In this document: positions 23,454-32,000 of the stretch, in pieces
Position numbering within the stretch: position 1 is the stretch's first letter
Layout of the letters: every line of letters begins with the position of its first letter
NCBI RefSeq assembly: GCF_012571795.1
Contig: NZ_CP046222.1
Span: 360,819-392,818 of the forward strand
DNA length: 32,000 nucleotides
Reading direction: 5' to 3'
Origin: Candidatus Saccharimonadota bacterium
GTDB lineage: Bacteria; Pseudomonadota; Gammaproteobacteria; Enterobacterales; Enterobacteriaceae
Made by a program: the position numbers and the translations under genes
Notes under the pieces: model-generated
Told to the model about the DNA's origin: nothing
What the model saw: the letters and a program-made list of their open reading frames with translations, nothing else
The model's database searches: none

Positions 23454-25304
23454 TTAGTTATTTATTATTATTAATAATAATACAATTGTTCCTATATACA
23501 TAAAAGATATATAATAACGAATATATCCATTTTGGTTTCGACATAATATTTGATTTATCTTATATATTATATTAATAATATAAGTATTAATATATTGTAT
23601 TATTGGATCATATTTTATTAAATATAATATTTTTAAAAAATTATTAACTAATAATTTTTTATATATTAAATTTATATAACAACCATTTAGAAAAAATTTT
23701 TTTATGAAATTCTTTTTATAAAAAATTTTTTCTAAAATTCTAAAATATTTAATATAATTTAAAGTATAAGACATATAAGTGATATATCCCATAATAGATA
23801 TTATACCAGATAATATTTCTAAAAAATGATAATATCTATAATCTATTATTATTAAATGTGGTAATACAAAATGTTTATATAAAGGTAATAATAATTTTCC
23901 TATTATACTAGATAATATCATTAATATAATTAATGGAAAATAATGTATAAAACCATTATTTTGTTTAGGCACAATACAATTTTCCCCATAAAAAATAATA
24001 TAAATCATTCTAATAGTATATAATGACGTTATAAAATTACCTATTAATCCTAATATAGTTAGACATACATAATTATGTATAAATGCTTCATATAAAATTT
24101 TTTCTTTAGTAAAACCACTTAAAGTAATACAAGGTATAGCTATTAAAGACATGCTACCTATTACAAATATATAATATATATAAGGTAAATATTTTTTCAA
24201 ACCTCTCATATATAAAATATTTTGTTCATTATAACAAGAGATAATAATAGATGCCGCACACAAAAATAATAATGCTTTAAAAAAAGCATGAGATATTATA
24301 TGAAATAAAGCTGCATCCCAAGAACAAACGCCTAATGCTAAGAACATATAACCAATCTGACTCATTGTTGAATAAGCTAAAATAGCTTTAATATCATTTT
24401 GGACTAATGCACAACATCCTGATAATAATATTGTAATTATACCAATAACACTAATTAAAATTAGTACATCATGTGCCATAAAAAATAATATATTATTACG
24501 TAAAATTAAATAAATGCCTGCTGTTACCATAGTAGCAGCATGAATTAAAGCTGATGCAGGTGTAGGACCAGACATAGCATTAATTAACCAAGTATTTAAT
24601 GGATATTGCGCTGATTTTCCTATTGCGCCTATTAATAATGTTAATGCAATTATTTTGATATAAAATGTATTATAATAAATATATGATGATGTTAATAATA
24701 AAGATATTTGATGAAAATTAAATGTCTTAAATAAATAAAATATTAAAAACATACTAATAAGAAAAAAAATATCACTAAACCGTGTAATTAAAAAAGCAGT
24801 AAAAGCAGATGTTATATTTTTATATTTCTGATAAAAAAATCCTATTAATAAATAAGAACAAATACCTACTCCTTCCCAACCAAAAAACATAACGAAAAAA
24901 TTATCTGCTAAAATTAATAATAACATATTTGCTATAAATAAATTAGTATACGCAAAAAATCTAGCATACCCTTCTTTATTTTTCATATACCATATAGAAA
25001 ATATATGAATTAAAAAACCTACACCTAATGTTATAAATAACATACTTATAGCAAGTATATCTACATGAAAATTTAAATTAATATGTAAATAATCAATATT
25101 AATAATATTCCATACATGTTGATTATATGATACATAATGTTTTATAAAAAAAATATAACTAATAATAGTAGTAAGAATTAAACTTAATCCAATAGAACCT
25201 ATACCTAACATAGTAATTATATTGGTATTTAAATAATTAGCAAAAAAAGATAATATTAAAAAACTTATTAAGGGCATTAAAATAATAAAATAAAGTAATT
25301 TCAT
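23454..25304 (-). CDS. nuoL: NADH-quinone oxidoreductase subunit L
   Basis: The 616-aa ORF has ND5-family motifs FGWEGVGICSYLLIGF and GPTPASALIHAATMVTAGIYL, plus a C-terminal extension typical of NuoL. Confidence 0.93.
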   Translation of the reverse strand: MKLLYFIILMPLISFLILSFFANYLNTNIITMLGIGSIGLSLILTTIISYIFFIKHYVSYNQHVWNIINIDYLHINLNFHVDILAISMLFITLGVGFLIHIFSIWYMKNKEGYARFFAYTNLFIANMLLLILADNFFVMFFGWEGVGICSYLLIGFFYQKYKNITSAFTAFLITRFSDIFFLISMFLIFYLFKTFNFHQISLLLTSSYIYYNTFYIKIIALTLLIGAIGKSAQYPLNTWLINAMSGPTPASALIHAATMVTAGIYLILRNNILFFMAHDVLILISVIGIITILLSGCCALVQNDIKAILAYSTMSQIGYMFLALGVCSWDAALFHIISHAFFKALLFLCAASIIISCYNEQNILYMRGLKKYLPYIYYIFVIGSMSLIAIPCITLSGFTKEKILYEAFIHNYVCLTILGLIGNFITSLYTIRMIYIIFYGENCIVPKQNNGFIHYFPLIILMILSSIIGKLLLPLYKHFVLPHLIIIDYRYYHFLEILSGIISIMGYITYMSYTLNYIKYFRILEKIFYKKNFIKKFFLNGCYINLIYKKLLVNNFLKILYLIKYDPIIQYINTYIINIIYKINQILCRNQNGYIRYYISFMYIGTIVLLLIIINN

Positions 25305-25603
25305 CCATTTAACTCACTCATTGAATCAACATTAATTGAATATTTAAGATAATATAATTTAATTAATAATATTAATCCTATACAACTTTCAATAGATGCT
25401 ATACTGATAGATAAAATATACATTATTTCACCTTCAGTTTGTTTCCAATAATTACCAGCAATAACACATAATAATGCTGAACTATTTAACATTATTTCTG
25501 TACATATTAAGATATATAACATATTATTTCTAATAATTATACCAGTAAAACTTATCGAAAAAATAATAAATATTACAATCAATATATGATATAAAGGAAT
25601 CAT
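25301..25603 (-). CDS. nuoK: NADH-quinone oxidoreductase subunit K
   Basis: The 100-aa ORF is a three-helix ND4L-like protein of the same length as E. coli NuoK. It has a 4-nt ATGA overlap with nuoL. Confidence 0.88.
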   Translation of the reverse strand: MIPLYHILIVIFIIFSISFTGIIIRNNMLYILICTEIMLNSSALLCVIAGNYWKQTEGEIMYILSISIASIESCIGLILLIKLYYLKYSINVDSMSELNG

Positions 25604-25616
25604 GTTTTTATTTCTT

Positions 25617-26126
25617 TTATTTATAAAAATGATTTTTTATATTATTACCTATATGATAAAGAATTACAATTCCAGATAATAATAATATAGAAACAAGCTC
25701 TACAATAAATTTATATTTTGTAAATAAATCTATACCTATATTAGTAATATTCATTATATTATTAGTAATAAATATTAATGGGCATGCAATCTTTAATAAT
25801 ATACTTATTATCGTAATAAATAATATATTTAATAATATAAATAAGATAATTAAATAAGGTTTATATAATATTTTTTTTTCTATTAAAATATTATTTTTAG
25901 TATTTAATAACATTATTATAAAAACAAATAATATAAGTATAGCACCACCATAAATAATAATTTCTATTGCTCCAGAAAAATAATTACCTGTTATAAAAAA
26001 GAAACTAGAAAATATAATTAATATTAATAAAAATGATAATAATGTACTAATTGGATGAATACTAAAAACAACAAATAATGTACATATTATTGATATAAAA
26101 CTTAAAAAATAAAAAATAATTTGCAT
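25617..26126 (-). CDS. nuoJ: NADH-quinone oxidoreductase subunit J
   Basis: The 169-aa ORF is a hydrophobic ND6-like protein (GAIEIIIYGGAILILFVF). Its position between nuoI and nuoK fits. Confidence 0.85.
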   Translation of the reverse strand: MQIIFYFLSFISIICTLFVVFSIHPISTLLSFLLILIIFSSFFFITGNYFSGAIEIIIYGGAILILFVFIIMLLNTKNNILIEKKILYKPYLIILFILLNILFITIISILLKIACPLIFITNNIMNITNIGIDLFTKYKFIVELVSILLLSGIVILYHIGNNIKNHFYK

Positions 26127-26191
26127 AACTTATAAAAACCTTTATATATTAAGTTGTATTTAATATTAACATATTATTTATATTACTATCT

Positions 26192-26728
26192 TTATGGTAG
26201 TAAACTTTTTGTATTTACTATATTCTGTTTTTTATTTTTTTTTGGATGATTTTTAATCTTAATACCAGAAACATTATAAAAATCATATTTTTTATATTTG
26301 CCTTCATTTTTAATTAATAAATCATCTTTTTCATATATTAATTTATTTCTGTCAAATTCACATAATTCAAAATCAGGTGTTAATTGTATTGCTCCTGTTG
26401 GACAAGCTTCTTCACAAAATCCACAAAAAATACATCTAGATAAATTAATACGAAAAAATTTAGGATAAGATCTATTATTACTATCAATAGATTTTTTTAA
26501 TGATATACAACTTACAGGACAAACAACAGCACAAAGATTACATGCTACACAACGTTCATTATTATTTTTATCCGAAGTTAATATAATTCGACCTCTATAT
26601 CTAGGTGGTAAATATACTTTTTCTTCAGGATATTTTATAGTTTCTCTTTTAGCTATAAAATTTTTTAATATCAATAATATACTTCTAATTTGACTATATA
26701 TATCTATAAAAAATTGTTTAATTTTCAT
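26192..26728 (-). CDS. nuoI: NADH-quinone oxidoreductase subunit I (2x[4Fe-4S] ferredoxin)
   Basis: The 178-aa ORF has two CxxCxxCxxxCP motifs: CVACNLCAVVCP and CIFCGFCEEACP. Confidence 0.93.
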   Translation of the reverse strand: MKIKQFFIDIYSQIRSILLILKNFIAKRETIKYPEEKVYLPPRYRGRIILTSDKNNNERCVACNLCAVVCPVSCISLKKSIDSNNRSYPKFFRINLSRCIFCGFCEEACPTGAIQLTPDFELCEFDRNKLIYEKDDLLIKNEGKYKKYDFYNVSGIKIKNHPKKNKKQNIVNTKSLLP

Positions 26729-26751
26729 TATCTTTATATTTATTAATAATA

Positions 26752-27717
26752 TTATATTATTACTAATAATGCAGTAATAATAAGGTTAATTAATGTTAAT
26801 GGTAGACAAATAAACCAACCAAAATATATAATTTTATCATACCGTGGTCTTGGTAATGATGCTCTAATCAAAAAAAATAAAAAAATAAAAAATATAGTTT
26901 TTAATAAATACCATATTATACATGGTAAAATAGGACCCAACCACCCTCCAAAAAATAAAATTACTATTAATGAGGATAAAACAATAATATTAATATATTC
27001 TCCTACAAAAAATAATCCAAATTTCATTCCTGAATATTCAATATGATAACCATCAGCTAATTCTTGTTCTGTTTCTGGTAAATCAAATGGATGTCTATGA
27101 TTTACAGCTAAACTAGCTATAAAAAATGTAATAAAACCAAAAAATTGAGGAATAATATTCCAGCAATATTTTTGTTGATAAATAATATCATATAAATTAA
27201 ATGAACCAGTTATACATATTACACCCATAAGTGATAATCCTAAAAATACTTCATAACTTAGTAATTGTGCAATACCTCTAATAGATCCTAATAATGCATA
27301 TTTATTATTACTAGACAAACCAGCAAATAAAATAGCATATACTGACATACTAGCCATCATTAAAAAAAATAAAATTCCAATATTTAAATTATATACTATA
27401 ATAGTTGGTGTTAAAGGCAATATAGCAAATACAGATAATAATGTGTTAAAGGCTATTATAGGTGCAAGGTTAAATAAAAATTTATTAGAAAATATAGGAA
27501 TCCAATCTTCTTTAAATAAAATTTTAATCATATCTGCACATAATTGTAAACATCCAAACCAACCAACCCTATTAGGACCATAACGATTTTGAAATAACGC
27601 TAAAATTCTACGTTCTCCAAAACTTAAAAATGCTCCACTCATTATTACAAAAATTATTATTAATAATGTTTTAAAACACATAGTATCTGTTTCGACTAAC
27701 AAAAGATTACTCTGCAT
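26752..27717 (-). CDS. nuoH: NADH-quinone oxidoreductase subunit H
   Basis: The 321-aa ORF has ND1 signatures [19 protein letters not shown] and [25 protein letters not shown], plus [10 protein letters not shown]. Confidence 0.95.
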   Translation of the reverse strand: MQSNLLLVETDTMCFKTLLIIIFVIMSGAFLSFGERRILALFQNRYGPNRVGWFGCLQLCADMIKILFKEDWIPIFSNKFLFNLAPIIAFNTLLSVFAILPLTPTIIVYNLNIGILFFLMMASMSVYAILFAGLSSNNKYALLGSIRGIAQLLSYEVFLGLSLMGVICITGSFNLYDIIYQQKYCWNIIPQFFGFITFFIASLAVNHRHPFDLPETEQELADGYHIEYSGMKFGLFFVGEYINIIVLSSLIVILFFGGWLGPILPCIIWYLLKTIFFIFLFFLIRASLPRPRYDKIIYFGWFICLPLTLINLIITALLVII

Positions 27718-30413
27718 TATTCCAATATCCTTAATTTTTCAACAGTTTTATTTAAAAAAAATAATGGTATACCCGATATGCCTAATGGTAAACTAATTAA
27801 TCCTTGATGTAATTTATATGAAATTTGTACTTTAAAAGTAAAAATATTTTTTAAACAATATAATTGTATTATATTGTTTGTTTTTATATTTAAAGATATT
27901 GCATCTTGATAATTTAAAATTGCATAATATTCATTAAAATATTTATTTATTAATAATGATTTTTGAATTACATGATTATCATAAAATTTATTATAAGAAA
28001 CAATTATTAAATTTTTAGATTTAATAAATAATTTTGGTATATTAATTAATATTTTAGGTATATTAATATTATAATAATTTATTATATATCCTGTAGGAAC
28101 ATTTTTTAATGAAACACCTATATTTTTTTGAAACTTATGTATTGATTGTCCAGAATTCCATCCAGGATACCAAGTATATGGCATATGAGTACAATTTTCA
28201 GGACTATTACCTTCCATAGAAAAATTAAACATAGTATTTAAATCATTAGATTGTATAGGTTCATGTATATATTTATTTGCAAATATAGCACTTCTTCCAC
28301 TATAACGTAATGGTGATCTAGCAAATTTTCTATTATTTATTCTAAAATTTGCTGCAGGTGCTGCTTTATTTATACCCTGTAACTCAGGAACAATTGCTTC
28401 ACATTGTTTTATGATATTATCTAAAGTAATATAATCGGGTTTAATTTTATGCATACTATTATAAATCATAGATAGCCATTGCCAACTAGCTTTTCTTTGG
28501 TTGTTTTTATTGTAAAAAACAGGATCATATACCTGAAAAAATCTTTGTGCACGACATTCATTATTAATTACTGTACCACTACTTTCAATAAAATTTGCTG
28601 CAGGTAATAATATAGTAGATTTATTTGTAGTATGAGTAATAATATTGTCTATCACAATAATATTTTTAATTTTGTGTAAAAACTTATCTATTTTATTTTT
28701 TTCTTCATAAATATACAAATCATTTTCTATAATGATAATTGTATCAATAATATTTGATATATTAAAAATATTGTCTACTGGATGCCCATTAATTATATTA
28801 ATACCCATACTATTAACAGTATTTAAAGTATAAAAAAAACCTATATGTTGTATTTTTTTATATAATGTTTTTAATAATATATATGTAGCATGTAATAATT
28901 CTATTGAATACGTATTTGTACCTGTAATTATCAAACATTTCTGAGCTTTTAATAGTATTGATATGATGTTAATAATTTTTTTTTGTAACATTATATCTAT
29001 TGTATTATCATCAAACTTATTATACATAATATAATGTGATATTGCATTAATAAATATGACTTGATTCATAACAGGTGCATAGTAATTAAATAAAGAAATA
29101 TCATCTAAATTAGTTGTATCTAAACTAGTTATAAATAACGGATTTTTATGATTAAAATTTGCATTTAACAACGCATTAGCATGCCAATTATGAATATTAT
29201 TTTTATTAATATTATTTTTAATAGCTTGTCTAACAGCTAATGCTGTTCTAGGACTTGTTACACTAATATCTTCACCTATAATAAAAATAGCATCATAATT
29301 TTCAATTTCTGATAATGTAGGATGATGAATTTTTTTATTTTTTAATATATTAATAAAATAATTCATTTGTTTTTGTTCAGTATATGATATACCTGAATAA
29401 AAATTCTGTGAACCTACTAATTTTTTTAAAATAACATTGCTTTCTATGCTCGCTCTAGGAGAACCAATACCAATAATATTCTTAGATTTATTTAATATAT
29501 TAATAATTATTGGAATAATTTGATGTTCTTGTACATGTATAATATTATTATTTGAGGAATGTAATATAACATTTATTGGATTATTTTTATTATGGATATA
29601 ATCATATCCAAAATATCCTTTATCACATAAAAAATAATGATTAATTTTTTCGTGAAATCTGTTATGTATACTAGATAAATTACCATAACGTTCACCAATA
29701 TATAAATTACATCCTAAAGAACAATTTTGACAAACACTAGGTGCATATTGTAAATCCCATTTTCTAGTATAATATTTACTGTTAATTTTATCTGTAAATA
29801 CTCCAGTAGGACATACTTCAATTAAATTACCAGAAAAATTATTTTGTAATATACCATCTGTATATCTACCAAAAAAAATATTATTATTAGCACCAAAAAC
29901 ATCTAAATCTGTACCTTGTGCATAATCTTTATAAAATCTTACACAACGATAACATTTAATACAACGATTCATATTGTGAGATATAAAAGGTCCTAAATAT
30001 TGATTTGCATATATTTTTTTTGGAAAATTATATCGACGATTAGTATGTTGTGTCATAATTGTCATATCTTGTAGATGACAATTACCTCCTTCATCACATA
30101 CAGGACAATCATGTGGATGATTAATCATCATAAATTCAATAATACTTTTACGAAATTCTCTAGTTTCTATATCATATATAGAAAAACGCATACCTTCAAT
30201 TGGTGCAGACATACAAGACATAACAATATGTCCTATATTATCTGAGATATTATCATATTGTTTAATTGCACATTGTCTACATGATCCTACACTACCTAAA
30301 CGAGGATGCCAACAGAAATATGGTAAATTATATCCAAGTTCAAGACAAATTTTTAATAAATTATCTTTTTTATTAACATGATAAGATTTACCTTCTATAA
30401 TAATATTAACCAT
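27717..30413 (-). CDS. nuoG: NADH-quinone oxidoreductase subunit G
   Basis: The 898-aa ORF has an N-terminal 2Fe-2S/4Fe-4S ligand set ([52 protein letters not shown]). It is collinear with E. coli NuoG to the end. Confidence 0.95.
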   Translation of the reverse strand: MVNIIIEGKSYHVNKKDNLLKICLELGYNLPYFCWHPRLGSVGSCRQCAIKQYDNISDNIGHIVMSCMSAPIEGMRFSIYDIETREFRKSIIEFMMINHPHDCPVCDEGGNCHLQDMTIMTQHTNRRYNFPKKIYANQYLGPFISHNMNRCIKCYRCVRFYKDYAQGTDLDVFGANNNIFFGRYTDGILQNNFSGNLIEVCPTGVFTDKINSKYYTRKWDLQYAPSVCQNCSLGCNLYIGERYGNLSSIHNRFHEKINHYFLCDKGYFGYDYIHNKNNPINVILHSSNNNIIHVQEHQIIPIIINILNKSKNIIGIGSPRASIESNVILKKLVGSQNFYSGISYTEQKQMNYFINILKNKKIHHPTLSEIENYDAIFIIGEDISVTSPRTALAVRQAIKNNINKNNIHNWHANALLNANFNHKNPLFITSLDTTNLDDISLFNYYAPVMNQVIFINAISHYIMYNKFDDNTIDIMLQKKIINIISILLKAQKCLIITGTNTYSIELLHATYILLKTLYKKIQHIGFFYTLNTVNSMGINIINGHPVDNIFNISNIIDTIIIIENDLYIYEEKNKIDKFLHKIKNIIVIDNIITHTTNKSTILLPAANFIESSGTVINNECRAQRFFQVYDPVFYNKNNQRKASWQWLSMIYNSMHKIKPDYITLDNIIKQCEAIVPELQGINKAAPAANFRINNRKFARSPLRYSGRSAIFANKYIHEPIQSNDLNTMFNFSMEGNSPENCTHMPYTWYPGWNSGQSIHKFQKNIGVSLKNVPTGYIINYYNINIPKILINIPKLFIKSKNLIIVSYNKFYDNHVIQKSLLINKYFNEYYAILNYQDAISLNIKTNNIIQLYCLKNIFTFKVQISYKLHQGLISLPLGISGIPLFFLNKTVEKLRILE

Positions 30414-30501
30414 AATAAAAATATTCCATAATTTTTAAAAAAAAGATTTAATATAATTTAATTAGGTATTTTATATATTTAATAGCATATAATGCTAATT
30501 T

Positions 30502-31800
30502 TTATACATTATTTTTTATACCCTGATAAAATTCATTAGTAAAATATTTTAATGCACTTTGTAATGGTTCTATAGCTCCAGGCGCATAAGAACAAAAAGA
30601 TCTACCATTAATTAACTGATTACTAATATCTTTGAGTAATGTAATATCTTTCATATGGGCTTGTTTTTTTTCTAATAAATTTAGTATTTGTACAATCCAT
30701 GGTAATCCTTCTCTACAAGGTGTACATAATCCACAAGATTCTCGTGCAAAAAAACTTTCTATATTCTTTAATAAAGATATTATATTAATTTTATGATCTA
30801 CTGCCATAGCAATACCTGTACCTAATCTACTACCAATATTACTAATATTTATAAAATCCATAGGTAAATCTAAATGTTTTGGTAATAAAAACCCAGTCCC
30901 AGCCCCTCCTGGTTGCCAAGTTTTTAATGTAAATCCTTTTTTCATTCCATGTGCATATTTTTCTAAAATAATATATGCTTTTGTACCAAATGGCAGTTCC
31001 CATAATCCTGGATTATTAACATTGCCAGAAAAACCAAAAAGTTTTGTACCACTATCATGTGTACTATGTGATATATCTTTATACCATTGTGCGCCATGTA
31101 AAATAATACCATTAATATTACAAATAGTTTCTACATTATTAATACATGTAGGTTTCCCCCATAAACCTATTGTAGATGGATAAGGAGGTTTAAATCTAGG
31201 ATTAGCTCTTTTGCCTTCTAAAGAATTTAATAAAGCTGTTTCTTCACCACAAATATATCTACCAGCACCAGTATGTAAGAATAATTCAAAATTAAAATCA
31301 GTATTAAAAATATTATGACCTAATACACCAAAATTGTAAGCTTCTTTAATAGCTTGATTTAAAATATTAGCACACTTAATATATTCTCCTCTTAAAAAAA
31401 TATATCCTTTATTTGCTTGTATAGCAAAAGCACTAATAATCATTCCTTCAATTAATTGATGTGGTAAACTTTCTATTAGAAAACGATCTTTATAAGTACC
31501 AGGTTCCATTTCATCAGCATTGCATATAAAATAACGTATTTCATTAGTATGTTGTTTTTTAGGCATTAAATTCCATTTAATACCTGTAGGAAATCCACCA
31601 CCACCTCTGCCTTTTAAACCAGCTATTGTTATTAATTTAATAACATCTGTAGCATTCATAGTCATTAATGTTTTCTTTAAAGCTTTATAACCATCTTTTT
31701 TTATATATTCATTTAAAAATATAGTTTCTTGATTATTATTAATACGCCATGTTAATGGATGACTTTCAGGTTTATAATTATTAATATATTTATTCTTCAT
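30502..31800 (-). CDS. nuoF: NADH-quinone oxidoreductase subunit F (NADH/FMN-binding)
   Basis: The 432-aa ORF has [16 protein letters not shown], the NADEMEPGT-like [14 protein letters not shown], and the N3 cluster ligands [12 protein letters not shown]. Confidence 0.95.
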   Translation of the reverse strand: MKNKYINNYKPESHPLTWRINNNQETIFLNEYIKKDGYKALKKTLMTMNATDVIKLITIAGLKGRGGGGFPTGIKWNLMPKKQHTNEIRYFICNADEMEPGTYKDRFLIESLPHQLIEGMIISAFAIQANKGYIFLRGEYIKCANILNQAIKEAYNFGVLGHNIFNTDFNFELFLHTGAGRYICGEETALLNSLEGKRANPRFKPPYPSTIGLWGKPTCINNVETICNINGIILHGAQWYKDISHSTHDSGTKLFGFSGNVNNPGLWELPFGTKAYIILEKYAHGMKKGFTLKTWQPGGAGTGFLLPKHLDLPMDFINISNIGSRLGTGIAMAVDHKINIISLLKNIESFFARESCGLCTPCREGLPWIVQILNLLEKKQAHMKDITLLKDISNQLINGRSFCSYAPGAIEPLQSALKYFTNEFYQGIKNNV

Positions 31801-32000
31801 TAATATAATTATCCAATATATTATTAATATTATCTATTGATATAGCAGTATATATGTTTTCATTAATCATAATCACAGGACTATTATCACAATGTCCTAA
31901 ACAACATATAGGTAATAAAGTGAATAAATTATCTTTAGTTGTTTGTCCGACATCAATTTGTAATTTTTGTTTAATATATTCTATTATTTTTAGATATCCT
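31790..32000 (-). CDS. nuoE: NADH-quinone oxidoreductase subunit E, 3' part (partial, runs off right edge)
   Basis: The minus-strand frame is open from 32000 to TAA at 31790-31792. It translates to ..[69 protein letters not shown]. This matches the E. coli NuoE C-terminal half, including the CCLGxC 2Fe-2S ligands. It overlaps the nuoF start by 11 nt. Confidence 0.85.
   Translation of the reverse strand, partial: GYLKIIEYIKQKLQIDVGQTTKDNLFTLLPICCLGHCDNSPVIMINENIYTAISIDNINNILDNYINEE

Noticed and set aside
30483-30497. Small hairpin tagcat-ata-atgcta in the nuoF-nuoG spacer as a terminator or attenuator
   Set aside because: The stem is only 6 bp, no U-tract follows on the transcribed strand, and it sits inside an operon. 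It is too weak to call.

Overview
This is a very AT-rich, gene-dense chromosomal window from a reduced gammaproteobacterial genome. It looks Enterobacterales-derived and insect-endosymbiont-like (Wigglesworthia/Blochmannia/Buchnera style); the exact taxon cannot be determined from the sequence alone. Local gene order mirrors E. coli. Left to right the window holds: the trpS 3' end, crp, a minus-strand thrU-tyrU-glyT-thrT tRNA cluster placed directly behind a minus-strand rrn operon (16S-23S-5S, no spacer tRNA), murI, a stand-alone iscS-like cysteine desulfurase, pykF, the complete sufABCDSE operon (minus), murJ, ribA, sbcB, tRNA-Ser(GGA), a DedA/YohD-family membrane protein, and nuoN back to a partial nuoE (minus). 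All protein genes are intact housekeeping genes. I see no mobile elements, CRISPR arrays, prophage or defence genes. The one outstanding anomaly is inside the 23S rRNA gene. A 625-bp internal block (1860-2484) lies in the opposite orientation to the rest of the gene, with base-exact breakpoints. It runs from the helix-69 loop through most of the domain V peptidyl-transferase ring. The operon's promoter, boxA elements and processing stems are all still intact. The block is most likely an assembly or editing artefact, or a very recent inactivating inversion. A split, two-strand-encoded 23S would be unprecedented in bacteria, so it deserves direct checking. Secondary observations are a CRP whose cAMP-pocket residues are substituted while its DNA-binding helix is nearly identical to E. 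coli, an orphan C-terminally short IscS beside a full Suf system, and a SufB lacking the N-terminal Cys motif.
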